A stretch of DNA of 64,000 nucleotides from Macrostomum lignano (lineage: Eukaryota): assembly GCA_002269645.1 (NCBI GenBank), contig NIVC01001013.1, positions 185,142 to 249,141 of the forward strand, given 5' to 3'. The notes beneath the pieces were generated by a model, which was not told where the DNA came from, did not search any database, and was given only the letters and a program-made list of their open reading frames with translations. Shown here piece after piece: positions 1 to 12,500 of the stretch. A program made the translations under genes and the position numbers. Numbering within the stretch: the stretch's first letter is position 1; every line of letters starts with the position of its first letter.

Positions 1-403
1 ACTTAAAATAAAGAGCTGGCCAGGCTGAAGGATACTAACAGCTTAGCAGCTAGCGGTCTCAATGGTCCTGGTCTGGCCATGCATAAAATGTTCTGCATTT
101 TGAGGGCCAAAATTTTATTTAGCTTTTTCCTTTTCTAACTTTGGTGTAGTACCAACCGCAGACCCCACTACACAGAGGTGAATTCTTTGCGAAAGAATTT
201 TTTTCCCTAAAAAACGGACAGGTATAGTGGTGGTTAGACAAGTGAAATCCTCGCTTCAAGCCAACTTCGCTAAGCTCTCTCTGTTTACGGTGTTGTCGAA
301 AAAATTCCCAACTTCGGCGGACTGTCCTGCGGCACAAAAAATCTCTTTTCGCGCTTGCATCCGCTTTTGACCCTATGGGGCGGACTTGCATGCGGCCTCG
401 AAG

Positions 404-1410
404 CCCAGAATTGCATGAAATCCCTACATCCCAGAATTGCATGAAATCCCTACATCCCAGAATTGCATGAAATCCCTACATCCCAGAATTGCATGAAATC
501 CCTACATCCCAGAATTGCATGAAATCCCTACATCCCAAAATTGCATGAAATCCCTACATCCCAAAATTGCATGAAATCCCTACATCCCAAAATTGCATGA
601 AATCCCTACATCCCAGAATTGCATGAAATCCCTACATCCCAGAATTGCATGAAATCCCTACATCCCAGAACTGCATGAAATCCCTACATCCCAGAATTGC
701 ATGAAATCCCTACATCCCTGAATTGCATGAAATCCCTACATCCCAGAATTGCATGAAATTCCTACATCCCAGAATTGCATGAAATCCCTACATCCCAGAA
801 TTGCATGAAATCCCTACATCCCTGAATTGCATGAAATCCCTACATCCCTGAATTGCATGAAATCCCTACATCCCAGAATTGCATGAAATCCCTACATCAC
901 TGAATTGCATGAAATCCCTACATCCCTGAATTGCATGAAATCCCTACATCCCAGAATTGCATGAAATCCCTACATCCCAGAATTGCATGAAATCCCTACA
1001 TCCCAGAATTGCATGAAATCCCTACATCCCAGAATTGCATGAAATCCCTACATCTCAGAATTGCATGAAATCCCTACATCCAAGAATTGCATGAAATCCC
1101 TACATTCCAGAATTGCATGAAATCCCTACATTCCAGAATTGCATGAAATCCCTACATCCCAGAATTGCATGAAATCCCTACATCCCAGAATTGCATGCAA
1201 TCCCTACATCCCTGAATTGCATGAAATCCCTACATCCCAGATTTGCATGAAATCCCTACATCCCTGAATTGCATGAAATCCCTACATCCCTGAATTGCAT
1301 GAAATCCCTACATCCCATCCCAGAATTGCATGAAATCCCTACATCCCAGAATTGCATGAAATCCCTACATCCCAGAATTCCATAAAATCCCTACATCCCA
1401 GAATTGCAAA
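404..1410. repeat. 26-bp tandem minisatellite (CCCAGAATTGCATGAAATCCCTACAT)n
   Basis: Unit read directly; roughly 38 near-identical copies. Confidence 0.97.
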
Positions 1411-1894
1411 TAGCGCCGAAAATTCCAGAATTATATGAAAATTTACATTTTTAATACTTTTCTACATTTTCAGTTCTGTAAAATGTCCGTGCTCGTTGAA
1501 ATTAAAAAGAAATGAATGCAGAAAATCAATTTTTTAAAAACCAAATATCGAATTCTACCCGATTCTATACTAGATAAAAGCCAGATCGATGGGCCAAGGG
1601 AAAACTAACTGATAAATAATTATGAATAATTATGCATAATTATCAATAATCAGCTCGCTGCCCAGTGCCCAGCCGCTAATATCTTCAAACAACATCCGCC
1701 GGTCTGAGCAATTATTAATCTGCCAGCCGACTCCACGCAGCTGGTGCTGAGCCAAGGACAAGCCCCAGCTAACCAGCAATTATATTTCATAAATTATCCA
1801 CATTCAGTCTGCTCTGAGTCCGCACTCCAGGCAGCTCTGGCCTCGCGAGATTAATTTTTTCTACAAAGAATAAGTAGAAAAAATTATTTTGGGG

Positions 1895-2280
1895 GTATGG
1901 GAGATCAGAAATTGGGATCGGGAATGGGGGATCGGGAATGGGAGATCGGGAATGGGGGATCGGGAATGGGGGTCGGGAATGGGGGATCGGGAATGGGGAT
2001 CGGGAATGGGGGATCGGGAATGGGGGAACAGGAATGGGGGATCGGGAATGGGAGATCGGGAATGGGGGATCGGGAATGGGGGTCGGGAATGGGGGATCGG
2101 GAATGGGGGATCGGGAATGGGGGATCGGGAATCGGGAATCGGGAATGGGAGATCGGGAATGGGGGATCGGGAATCGGGAATCGGGAATGGGGGATCGGGA
2201 ATGGAGGATCGGGAATCGGGAATCGGGAATGGGGGATCGGGAATGGGGATCGGGAATGGGGAATCGGGAATGGGGGATCA
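1895..2280. repeat. G-rich tandem repeat built from GGGAATG/GGGATCG heptamers
   Basis: Read directly; explains the repetitive ORFs at 1787-2314. Confidence 0.95.
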
Positions 2281-3008
2281 TGCTAGGATGCTAGGATCAG
2301 AAATCGGATGCTAGGATCAGAAATGGAATGCTAGGATCAGAAATGGGATGCTAGGATCAGAAATGGGATGCTAGGATCAGAAATGGGATGCTAGGATCAG
2401 AAATGGGATGCTAGGGTCAGAAATGGGATGCTAAGATCAGAAATGGAATGCTAGGATCAGAAATCGGATGCAAGGATCAGAAATCGGATGCTAGGATCAG
2501 AAATCGGATGCTAGGATCAGAAATGGGATGCTAGGATCAGAAATGGGATGCTAGGATCAGAAATCGGATGCTAGGATCAGAAATCGGATGCTAGGATCAG
2601 AAATGGGATGCTAGGATCAGAAATGGGATGCTAGGATCAGAAATGGGATGCTAGGATCAGAAATGGGATGCTAGGATCAGAAATCGGATGCTAGGGTCAG
2701 AAATGGGATGCTAGGATCAGAAATGGAATGCTAGGATCAGAAATGGGATGCTAGGGTCAGAAATGGGATGCTAAGATCAGAAATGGAATGCTAGGATCAG
2801 AAATGGGATGCTAGGGTCAGAAATGGGATGCTAAGATCAGAAATGGAATGCTAGGATCAGAAATCGGATGCAAGGATCAGAAATCGGATGCTAGGATCAG
2901 AAATGGGATGCTAGGATCAGAAATGGGATGCTAGGATCAGAAATCGGATGCTAGGATCAGAAATCGGATGCTAGGATCAGAAATGGTATGCTAGGATCAG
3001 AAATGGGA
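2281..3008. repeat. 20-bp tandem minisatellite (TGCTAGGATCAGAAATGGGA)n
   Basis: Unit recurs in register three times per 60-nt line. Confidence 0.97.
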
Positions 3009-3800
3009 GATCGATGCAAATTTCTTTAGTGCAGTAACAATATTCAGATAGTCAGAAGTGATATTAACGTAAAGTTTCAGAGTGCAGAAACTGTTGTCTT
3101 TAGATGCTGAGTAGCAGCGCCTTAAGCAGTGCTGTCAAGAAGCTGTTGATGGATTTGCAAAGCAAAAATCGAATAAAAAATCAGCTCATGCGGGAGCCAA
3201 TATTGATTGCCCCGCAGCTGTCAAACTCAAAATTCTCCAACCAAGAAGAACGAGAGCAGGTTTCCCGACGGGCAGAGAGAGGGAGAGAGAGCGATCATTA
3301 CCTCCCAGCCTCTCGCCGCCTAGCCTCATCATGCCGCAGCAAGCAGCAAGATATGAGAGCGCGCAGCAAAGTGGGAGCCGGCTGAAGAGAGATAGATTGG
3401 CAATCGAGGGCCCGTGGCTGCGGCATTGTCAGCCTGGGGCAATTGGCCATTAAAAGTGCACAGTGAGGGGCTGTCACAGCAACCCGAGCTCCAGGACAAA
3501 CAGTAGACCAGGGAAGGGAGAACCAATATTCGAAATCGGTCTCTGCTAGCTGAGCTGAAACGGAGGAAGTGGATATCAATTTTCCTAGACAAGAGCAGTT
3601 CAGGAGAGCTTTGTACTCGTAATGCTTCGAGTTCTCCCGCTATTCTGGATAATATCAGATATGAAAAAGTTTGTTAGTAGTAAGATTGCGGATTGCTACT
3701 GTTATTTAGTCTTTAGGACAAAGCAGGGACCGACAGGGTGTTTCACATACGACTTGTAGGGGCTACAAGTGCGACAAGTTACAATTAAGTTTCATGAATA

Positions 3801-4170
3801 AGCTACTTTCAGTTCAGTAGTAAGTAAAGCAGAAAATAGTGTTAATGTAGCTGTTATTTTTAAAGTCAAGGCTCATTTATTGGCTCTAAACCTCCCCCCA
3901 GCTTAAATCCTCCTTAAACCTTAAACCGCGCCTTTCCACACTCCCCCCCGCCCCGCCCCAATTTTTATTGCCTTTCTCGGAATTCCAGCCTAAAGCTGCC
4001 ATGTACAGTTCAGTGGACTGGCTAATGTACATTATTGCTGAACCAATTAGCAAGCTGTTTACGCCTGCAAGCTTGGGCTTCTAAACTTATCAAAGTCATT
4101 TCAGCTGGCTTTATTTTTATAAAATAGCTTATGTATTCTTCTTTGCTATTGAACTGAAAGAAGAAAGCTG
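3801..4170. mobile_element. MITE-like dispersed repeat, family A copy 1 (about 18-bp TIRs)
   Basis: Near-identical to 32604-32970. CTACTTTCAGTTCAGTAG at 3803-3820 and its imperfect reverse complement CTATTGAACTGAAAGAAG at 4146-4163. Confidence 0.75.
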
Positions 4171-4579
4171 TTTTACTAAGGATATATGCCTAGTGGCCCG
4201 CGCCTATGATGTCTACCGAGCCCCAACACTTGTAGTGACTGACAAGTTGAAGAGTTGTCTTCCTTAGTTGCTCAAGCTTGTAAATTTGTTATGAAAGCAT
4301 ACAAAAAACATGTAAGCAGCCTTGTGAAACGCTCTTCCTGCAGCTGGTAAACTTTTAGCTATTCAGCTTGTAATTCTGCTTGAAATGCATTGGATAGATA
4401 GGTCCAAGGTGCTTTTGAAAGTTTAAGAGAAAGATGCCTTAACTTTCGGATGTCTATGACCAAGACCCAATTCACATCCAATTCAAACCGATAGCGACTA
4501 GATGGCTATACTTCTATACTTTGTCTTCTGTGATCTATCATAGTGAGAGATACGCTCAAAAACAAAGTCAAAGGACGCA

Positions 4580-5420
4580 ATGTCAGTTCGAGCGAGAGTT
4601 TTATTCGAGTACGACCGCAACAATCCGACTCACGAGGCCTACCTGAAACAGCTGGAGATCCGCATTGAGACGGCCTGGCCCGACCTGGTACGGCTGGACA
4701 CCCGGTCAAGGAGCATCACTTTTCCCGAGTTGAGTCTCACACTGTACAGCAATGTTAGTGCCCGACTCTGTGGCATCTGTACGTTTAAGTATTCTGCCTC
4801 AATCTTTTCTGTTGGTACGCTCGTAGCGCGACCGACGTTCGCCTTTGAGCCTTGTTGTTGAGGCACCTGTGTGATGCTTGCAATTATTATTTTAAATTTA
4901 TTGACGAGAGGGGATGTGAAAAGGAAAAGAGGACGGAAGGGGATGGGGGGAAGAGAGGGGATGGGAGGGGAAGAGAGGGGAGAGATGGGAGGTAAGAGAG
5001 GGGATGGAAGGGGAAGAGAGGGGATGGGAGGGAAGGAAGAGAGGGGATGGGAGGGAGGTAAGAGTGGGAATGGGAAGTAAGAGAGGGGATGGAAGGGAAG
5101 AGAGGGGATGCGGGAAGGCAGGGGAGGGGAAGAAAGGGGATACTTTACCTTAATCCTTAATCCGTAGATCTATAACCTTAATCCGCACCTGTATACCTGT
5201 ACTAATCCGACTGTATCGTGCTGTCCGGTTTTTTTGTCAGGACGAGCGGCTGCTGGCCTCCGTGACAGACGGGCGGTGGCCCATGGTGCCCGACACCTGC
5301 AGCCTCACCAAGTACTGGTTTGTGGCTCAGCCGCCGCCCCTGCCTGCGGTGATGCGCGCGATCGAGGCCTGCCTGCAGATGGAGCCGGTCTGCTACGACC
5401 TGCTGTGCTGCATGCCCTGA
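4580..5420 (+). CDS. Small 2-exon protein, about 117 aa, join(4580..4753,5241..5420); uncharacterised, weak Rdx/SelW/MIEN1-like pattern
   Basis: ATG at 4580, donor AAT|GTTAGT at 4754, acceptor TTTTTGTCAG| at 5240 (phase 0), TGA at 5418-5420, AATAAA at 5463. Both exons are GC-rich with coding-like composition. The donor choice is inferred from phase. Confidence 0.65.
4935..5140. repeat. Purine-rich degenerate repeat (GAGAGGGGATGGGAGGG-like) in the intron of the small gene
   Basis: Read directly. Confidence 0.85.
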
Positions 5421-5462
5421 CTGATGAGTGATTGCGTTCTTACCTATATTTGAAGACCTGCA

Positions 5463-5468
5463 AATAAA
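5463..5468 (+). promoter_or_regulatory. Putative polyadenylation signal AATAAA of the small gene
   Basis: Lies 42 nt after the TGA at 5420. Confidence 0.55.
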
Positions 5469-5589
5469 AACCTTTGATAAACTGATTCAACATCACCGTT
5501 GGGCACAGAAAAATTTACTGTCAGCATTAAATGTTTTTTTTATTTTCCCAAAGTGTTACAAGCAAGACCAGCCAAACTGAAAGTCCCTA

Positions 5590-5915
5590 ATTCTATCCCT
5601 AATACTAATCCTATCCTTAATTCCAGTCCTAATCCTATCCCTAATCCTAATCCTATCCTTAATCCTAGCCCAAATCCTATCCCAAATCCTATCCTTAATC
5701 CCAGCCCTAATCCTATCCCTAATCCTAACCCTAATCCTATCCTAAATCCTATCCTTAATCCTACCCCTAATCCTACCCCTAATCCTAACCCTAATCCTGC
5801 CCCTAATCCTATCCTATCCTTAATCCTATCCCTAATCCTATCCTTAATACTAGCCCTAATCCTATCCTTAATCCTATCCTTAATCCTAGCCCAAATCCTA
5901 CATCTAATCCTAATC
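5590..5915. repeat. Telomere-like hexamer repeat (CCTAAT/CCTAAC/CCTATC variants)
   Basis: Read directly. Confidence 0.9.
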
Positions 5916-6198
5916 CCAACCACAGAATACTGTGTATTCTGTGATCTTAACCCTAGCCTATAGCCCGAGCCTAGAGCGTTACTACCAGATTCAGGCGTGC
6001 GTACTTTTTCATTCTAAACTTGTCTTGTACGCGCTCATTAAACTTATTTTGGGGGCAGCCCTCCCTACCCGAGGGCTGTTCTATATGGCCTGTTCTTATC
6101 TCTCCTATTTCAGTGCACTAAGGCTGGCCACACAAACGCGCGCATATCGCACAGACGAATCCAGCCGAGAAGCATCCAGCCCGATTTCGGTTACAGCC

Positions 6199-8427
6199 AT
6201 GCTGTCGGAGAGTTTCCTATCCAGAGAGCAGCCGCCGCTGAACCAGAGTAGCACCAGGGGCCGGTTCGCCGGCTACAAAGTTCTCGTCACCGGCGGCGCC
6301 AGCGGGATTGGCCGCGCCGTTGTTGAACGATTCATCAACGACGGCGCCACAGTCGGCATTTTGGACGCCAATAAGGCCGGTCTGGATGCGGTCGTTGACG
6401 ACTTGAAACAGCAAGGATTCCAAGCGGTGCTCGGTTGTCATGGCGACGTAACGAAACCAGAGTCGTGCAAGGCGATCTGCAGCCAGCTGGCGGACTGGTG
6501 CCCCCAGGAGGGCGACGGCCGGTGGATCAACTGCCTGGTGAACTGCGCCTGCACCTTCCTGGGCAGGGGGCTGGACGCCACCAACCAGGACTGGGCACTC
6601 TGCCAGGTAGGCAGCAATTGACGCTTTGTGGTTGAGTGTGACGACGTTCTTGAGAGAGGAGTCGGTCTTTTTGTTAGAAGTTGATTTGAAGTTTTTAAAT
6701 TGAATAAATTGTTAATATTTCACTTTCTGGGGCTTCCAGATTCTAAATGAAGCGACCATTCACTTTGTCAAGGTATTTTATATAGGCTCTATAGGCATGC
6801 TTAATCTCATTTACGAAGGTAAAACACAGACAAGTATTTTACGGGAGACTGGGGCTTCCGGGAGAACGCAAATAATGTCCCGGAAAATCTTTGCTTTATG
6901 AGCTGTTGTACTTCGGTTGTGTCATAAGTAATGTCACTGATGTGAAAACAGACGAACTTGCAATCGCAGATGAACAAAACTGTACCACTCAACAACATAG
7001 AGTCCCCCAATATCAATCACCCTACAGCTTGTCCACCTCAGCCTGCAGGTGTTTTTCCTCCAACTGCCATAACCAGTGCAACGCGGCCTGTTTGACCTCT
7101 TCATGGTTTGCGAAACTCTTGTTGGAAAAGTCAGCCTTCAGCCATTTGAACAGGAATCTCTTGCAAAAGTTGAAGTCCGGGCTGTAGGGACTGTCAGAGC
7201 ATCACTCGCCGTACAGGCAGAAAATTCGAAACAGCCTTCAGGTGTGCAGCCGTGCGGTGTCCATCTGCCACAGAACTTCGTCCCGGTGACATGGATTTGA
7301 CCGGAGAGTGCGCCAGAGGTCTCCAGTGTGCCGGACAAAGTCGATAAAATACTGGCCATCGACCTTGGTGTTCGGTGGAGTTGAGCAGATGGAGACTCGT
7401 TTGTTTGGCGTGAAGGCTACCAGCAGCATGGTCTTCTTGTCCAAGATGGACTTCCTAGTCACCATCGGCCTGGAGTCCCCAGCTCCCAGCCAGCAGCGAT
7501 TGTCTGCCTTGCTGCCCTTGCCATCCAGGTGGAGCCAGCTTTCATCCTCAGCAACCAGGCAGTTTAGGATGTCATTCAAGCCCCGGCTGCTAAACACCTT
7601 GCGGATCTGCTTGGTCCAGGCGTCATGTCGAGATTCATGGTGATTCATGGTGAGGCACGCAACTCATACACGCTCATGGCCGAGAATCGCACGAAAACCC
7701 CCGGCCAATTTTCATGCTCAAGCCCCAGATTATTGTGGCCGAGCACGGGGTCGTGAATCGAAAGTCCTTCTGCCATGGGTGGTTGCAGCTCTGAGTAGAG
7801 GTGGATTTGCAATTCCTGGCCACCTTGCAGTCGGTCAGGCATATTTTTTATTTTCGACATTTAATTTACATAGAAACAATTGCAAAAGTCGATCTGTCTA
7901 CTGATTTAGTACACAAAATATGCATTTGATTTAAACTGCAGGAAGTGAACGTGACCGGCTATTTCAACACGGTGCAAGCGGCCCTGCCGTTCATGCGCCT
8001 GGCGCCAGAGGGCAGGCGCGCTGTGGTGAACTTGAGTAGCGCCGCCGCCTACAGCGCCTACAAGGGCCGCTGGACCTACGTGGCCACGAAGGGCGCCATC
8101 GTGTCGCTGAGCCGAGGCATGTCCGTCGACCTGGGTGCGGCCGGGGTTCGAGTCAACTCGGTCAGCCCTGGCTACATCTGGTCACCCGAGCAGGCAAAGG
8201 TGTCGCCCGACGGCACCAGGGCCGGCATGGCCGATCGGATCAGCCGGTACAGCGCACTCGGACGCGAGGGCAACACCAGCGAGGTGGCTGGCGTCGTCAC
8301 CTTTCTGTGCAGCCGCGACGCCGGATTTGTCACCGGCGCAGACCTGCTGGTGGACGGCGGCTACCGCGCGATGACGGTCGACTCGCACGAGACGTTTGCC
8401 GGCTGCGTCCAGCCGTCAAGCGATTGA
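6199..8427 (+). CDS. Classical short-chain dehydrogenase/reductase (SDR), about 297 aa, join(6199..6606,7942..8427)
   Basis: TGGASGIG cofactor motif, NLSS, catalytic YVATK (YxxxK), RVNSVSPG and VTGADLLVDGG. Donor CAG|GTAGGC at 6607 and acceptor CTGCAG| at 7941, both phase 0. Confidence 0.92.
7022..7860 (-). pseudogene. Decayed Tc1/mariner (mariner-type DDD) transposase inside the SDR intron
   Basis: Minus-strand motifs: CVPHHE (WVPHEL-like), LVAEDESWLH, KKTMLLVAF, QMDTARLHT (HDNARPH-like) and SPYSPDFNFCKRFLFKWLK (YSPDL..D.LF-like). It has internal stops and a frameshift; no clear TIRs. Confidence 0.88.
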
Positions 8428-8455
8428 TCGATTGATTGATTGATTGATTGATTGA
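8424..8455. repeat. (GATT)n microsatellite overlapping the SDR stop codon
   Basis: Read directly. Confidence 0.9.
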
Positions 8456-8689
8456 TGGGTGCGCAATGGTGGGGTTTTGAAGGAACAAGGACCATTTTAG
8501 ATATATTATTGGACAGTACAAAGACCACTTTAGCTGTTTAAAATGTCGAAAAACCCCGATTGATTTGGGAGTGCTAAAAATGATCAGGTTAGCGCATTGA
8601 AAGAAATAAAGGAAGTAATACATGTATCTTGCTAAATAAGTTGTGGCCTTAAAAAATTTCCATGGAGCTGTCTTTGGATCGGCCGCCCC

Positions 8690-9110
8690 TCTTACAGGTA
8701 TCACCATTGTTTTTTAATCTGCCGCCACTCTTATCACTATCGTCCTTTGATCCACCGCCACTCCTATCACCATCGTTTTTTAATCTGCTGCGACTCTTAT
8801 CGCCATCGTCCTTTGATCCACCGCCACTCCTATCACCATCGTCCTTTGATCCACCGCCACTCTTATCACCATCGTCCTTTGATCTGCCGCCACTCTTATC
8901 ACCATCTTCCTTTGATCTGCCGCCACTCTTATCACCATCGTCCTTTGATCTGCTGCCACTCTTATCACCATCGTCCTTTGATCTGCCGCCACTCTTATCA
9001 CCATCTTCCTTTGATCTGCCGCCACTCTTATCACCATCGTCCTTTGATCTGCCGCCACTCTTATCACCATCGTCCTTTGATCCACCGCCACTCTTATCAC
9101 CTTGTCTGTT
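8690..9110. repeat. 33-bp tandem minisatellite (CCACCGCCACTCTTATCACCATCGTCCTTTGAT)n
   Basis: Read directly; explains the 11-aa periodic ORFs at 8662-9154. Confidence 0.95.
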
Positions 9111-9554
9111 AACTTCCAGATTCGTACCGCCAAATTTGCTTTGATTTTACACATGCAATAAAAAAGAATATAATGACAATGTACTTTTCCAACGAGCTGT
9201 TTCTGGTCACAGCGGCCGGTGGTGAATATTGGCTACAAGGCATTAAAAGCATTTTTATAATATTTTTGTACTTTATATACTTTATCTTGGTTAAGCATAG
9301 AATATTATATCAATAACAGCATATAATAACGAATATTGGAGATGAAAATAGAGTGAATAAATCCTCAGTAAGCCACAACAGCAGGACTGCAAGTTCTGTG
9401 GGTTTACTGCATTGACCTATAAACTTTTAAAAACGAAATTTTATAAATGATGACAAACAATAGTTACAATTTACTTAGCTTTGTTGGAGGTCAGAAGTTG
9501 GTCTATGGAAATACTGGATATTGGTGAGGCTGCTAGAACCAAGATAAGCTGACG

Positions 9555-12500
9555 CAGCCCTGTAGTAGAGTAGCTACAGACATCCCTGTAGTAGAGTAGC
9601 TACAGACATCCCTGTAGAAGAGTAGCTACAGACAGCCCTGTAGTAGAGTAGCTACAGACAGCCCTGTAGTAGAGTAGCTACAGACAGCCCTGTAGTAAAG
9701 TAGCTACAGACAGCCCTGTAGTAGAGTAGCTACAGACAGCCCTGTAGTAGAGTAGCTACAGACATCCCTGTAGTAGAGTAGCTACAGACATATCCCTGTA
9801 GTAGAGTAGCTACAGACATATCCCTGTAGTAGAGTAGCTACAGACATCCCTGTAGTAGAGTAGCTACAGACATCCCTGTAGTAGAGTAGCTACAGACATC
9901 CCTGTAGTAGAGTAGCTACAGACATCCCTGTAGTAGAGTAGCTACAGACATATCCCTGTAGTAGAGTAGCTACAGACATCCCTGTAGTAGAGTAGCTACA
10001 GACATCCCTGTAGTAGAGTAGCTACAGACATCCCTGTAGTAGAGTAGCTACAGACAGCCCTGTAGTAGAGTAGCTACAGACATCCCTGTAGTAGAGTAGC
10101 TACAGACATCCCTGTAGTAGAGTAGCTACAGATATCCCTGTAGTAGAGTAGCTACAGACATCCCTGTAGTAGAGTAGCTACAGACATCCCTGTAGTAGAG
10201 TAGCTACAGATATCCCTGTAGTAGAGTAGCTACAGACATCCCTGTAGTAGAGTAGCTACAGACATCCCTGTAGTAGAGTAGCTACAGACATCCCTGTAGT
10301 AGAGTAGCTACAGACATCCCTGTAGTAGAGTAGCTACAGACAGCCCTGTAGTAGAGTAGCTACAGACATCCCTGTAGTAGAGTAGCTACAAACATCCCTG
10401 TAGTAGAGTAGCTACAGATATCCCTGTAGTAGAGTAGCTACAGACATATCCCTGTAGTAGAGTAGCTACAGATATCCCTGTAGTAGAGTAGCTACAGACA
10501 TCCCTGTAGTAGAGTAGCTACAGATATCCCTGTAGTAGAGTAGCTACAGATATCCCTGTAGTAGAGTAGCTACAGATATCCCTGTAGTAGAGTAGCTACA
10601 GACATCCCTGTAGTAGAGTAGCTACAGACATCCCTGTAGTAGAGTAGCTACAGACATCCCTGTAGTAGAGTAGCTACAGACATATCCCTGTAGTAGAGTA
10701 GCTACAGACATCACTGTAGTAGAGTAGCTACAAACATCCCTGTAGTAGAGTAGCTACAAACATCCCTGTAGTAGAGTAGCTACAGACATCCCTGTAGTAG
10801 AGTAGCTACAGATATCCCTGTAGTAGAGTAGCTACAGATATCCCTGTAGTAGAGTAGCTACAGATATCCCTGTAGTAGAGTAGCTACAGATATCCCTGTA
10901 GTAGAGTAGCTACAGACATATCCCTGTAGTAGAGTAGCTACAGACATATCCATTTAGTAGAGTAGCTACAGACATATCCCTGTAGTAGAGTAGCTACAGA
11001 CATCCCTGTAGTAGAGTAGCTACAGACATCCCTGTAGTAGAGTAGCTACAGACATATCCCTGTAGTAGAGTAGCTACAGACATCCCTGTAGTAGAGTAGC
11101 TACAGACATCCCTGTAGTAGAGTAGCTACAGACATCCCTGTAGTAGAGTAGCTACAGATATCCCTGTAGTAGAGTAGCTACAGATATCCCTGTAGTAGAG
11201 TAGCTACAGACAGCCCTGTAGTAGAGTAGCTACAGATATCCCTGTAGTAGAGTAGCTACAGACATATCCCTGTAGTAGAGTAGCTACAGACATCACTGTA
11301 GTAGAGTAGCTACAAACATCCCTGTAGTAGAGTAGCTACAAACATCCCTGTAGTAGAGTAGCTACAGACATCCCTGTAGTAGAGTAGCTACAGACATCCC
11401 TGTAGTAGAGTAGCTACAGATATCCCTGTAGTAGAGTAGCTACAGACATCCCTGTAGTAGAGTAGCTACAGACATATCCCTGTAGTAGAGTAGCTACAGA
11501 CATATCCATTTAGTAGAGTAGCTACAGACATCCCTGTAGTAGAGTAGCTACAGACATCCCTGTAGTAGAGTAGCTACAGACATATCCCTGTAGTAGAGTA
11601 GCTACAGACATCCCTGTAGTAGAGTAGCTACAGATATCCCTGTAGTAGAGTAGCTACAGACATCCCTGTAGTAGAGTAGCTACAGACAGCCCTGTAGTAG
11701 AGTAGCTACAGACATCCCTGTAGTACAGTAGCTACAGACATCCCTGTAGTAGAGTAGCTACAGATATCCCTGTAGTAGAGCAGCTACAGACATATCCCTG
11801 TAGTAGAGTAGCTACAGACATCCCTGTAGTAGAGTAGCTACAGACATCCCTGTAGTAGAGTAGCTACAGACATCCCTGTAGTAGAGTAGCTACAGACATC
11901 CCTGTAGTAGAGTAGCTACAGACATCCCTGTAGTAGAGTAGCTACAGACATATCCCTGTAGTAGAGTAGCTACAGACATATCCATTTAGTAGAGTAGCTA
12001 CAGACATATCCCTGTAGTAGAGTAGCTACAGACATCCCTGTAGTAGAGTAGCTACAGACATCCCTGTAGTAGAGTAGCTACAGACATCCCTGTAGTAGAG
12101 TAGCTACAGACATCCCTGTAGTAGAGTAGCTACAGACATCCCTGTAGTAGAGTAGCTACAGACATCCCTGTAGTAGAGTAGCTACAGACATCCCTGTAGT
12201 AGAGTAGCTACAGACATATCCCTGTAGTAGAGTAGCTACAGACATATCCCTGTAGTAGAGTAGCTACAGACATCCCTGTAGTAGAGTAGCTACAGACATA
12301 TCCCTGTAGTAGAGTAGCTACAGACATATCCATTTAGTAGAGTAGCTACAGACATCCCTGTAGTAGAGTAGCTACAGACATCCCTGTAGTAGAGTAGCTA
12401 CAGACATCCCTGTAGTAGAGTAGCTACAGATATCCCTGTAGTAGAGTAGCTACAGATATCCCTGTAGTAGAGTAGCTACAGACATATCCCTGTAGTAGAG

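Noticed and set aside
1787-2314. Repetitive ORFs (GIGNGGSGMG, PIPDSRF and similar), and likewise those at 17644-18147, 35420-36162, 38593-39225, 41029-41674, 46456-47019 and 55425-56124
   Set aside because: Open in several frames and on both strands because the repeat unit lacks stops; not genes.
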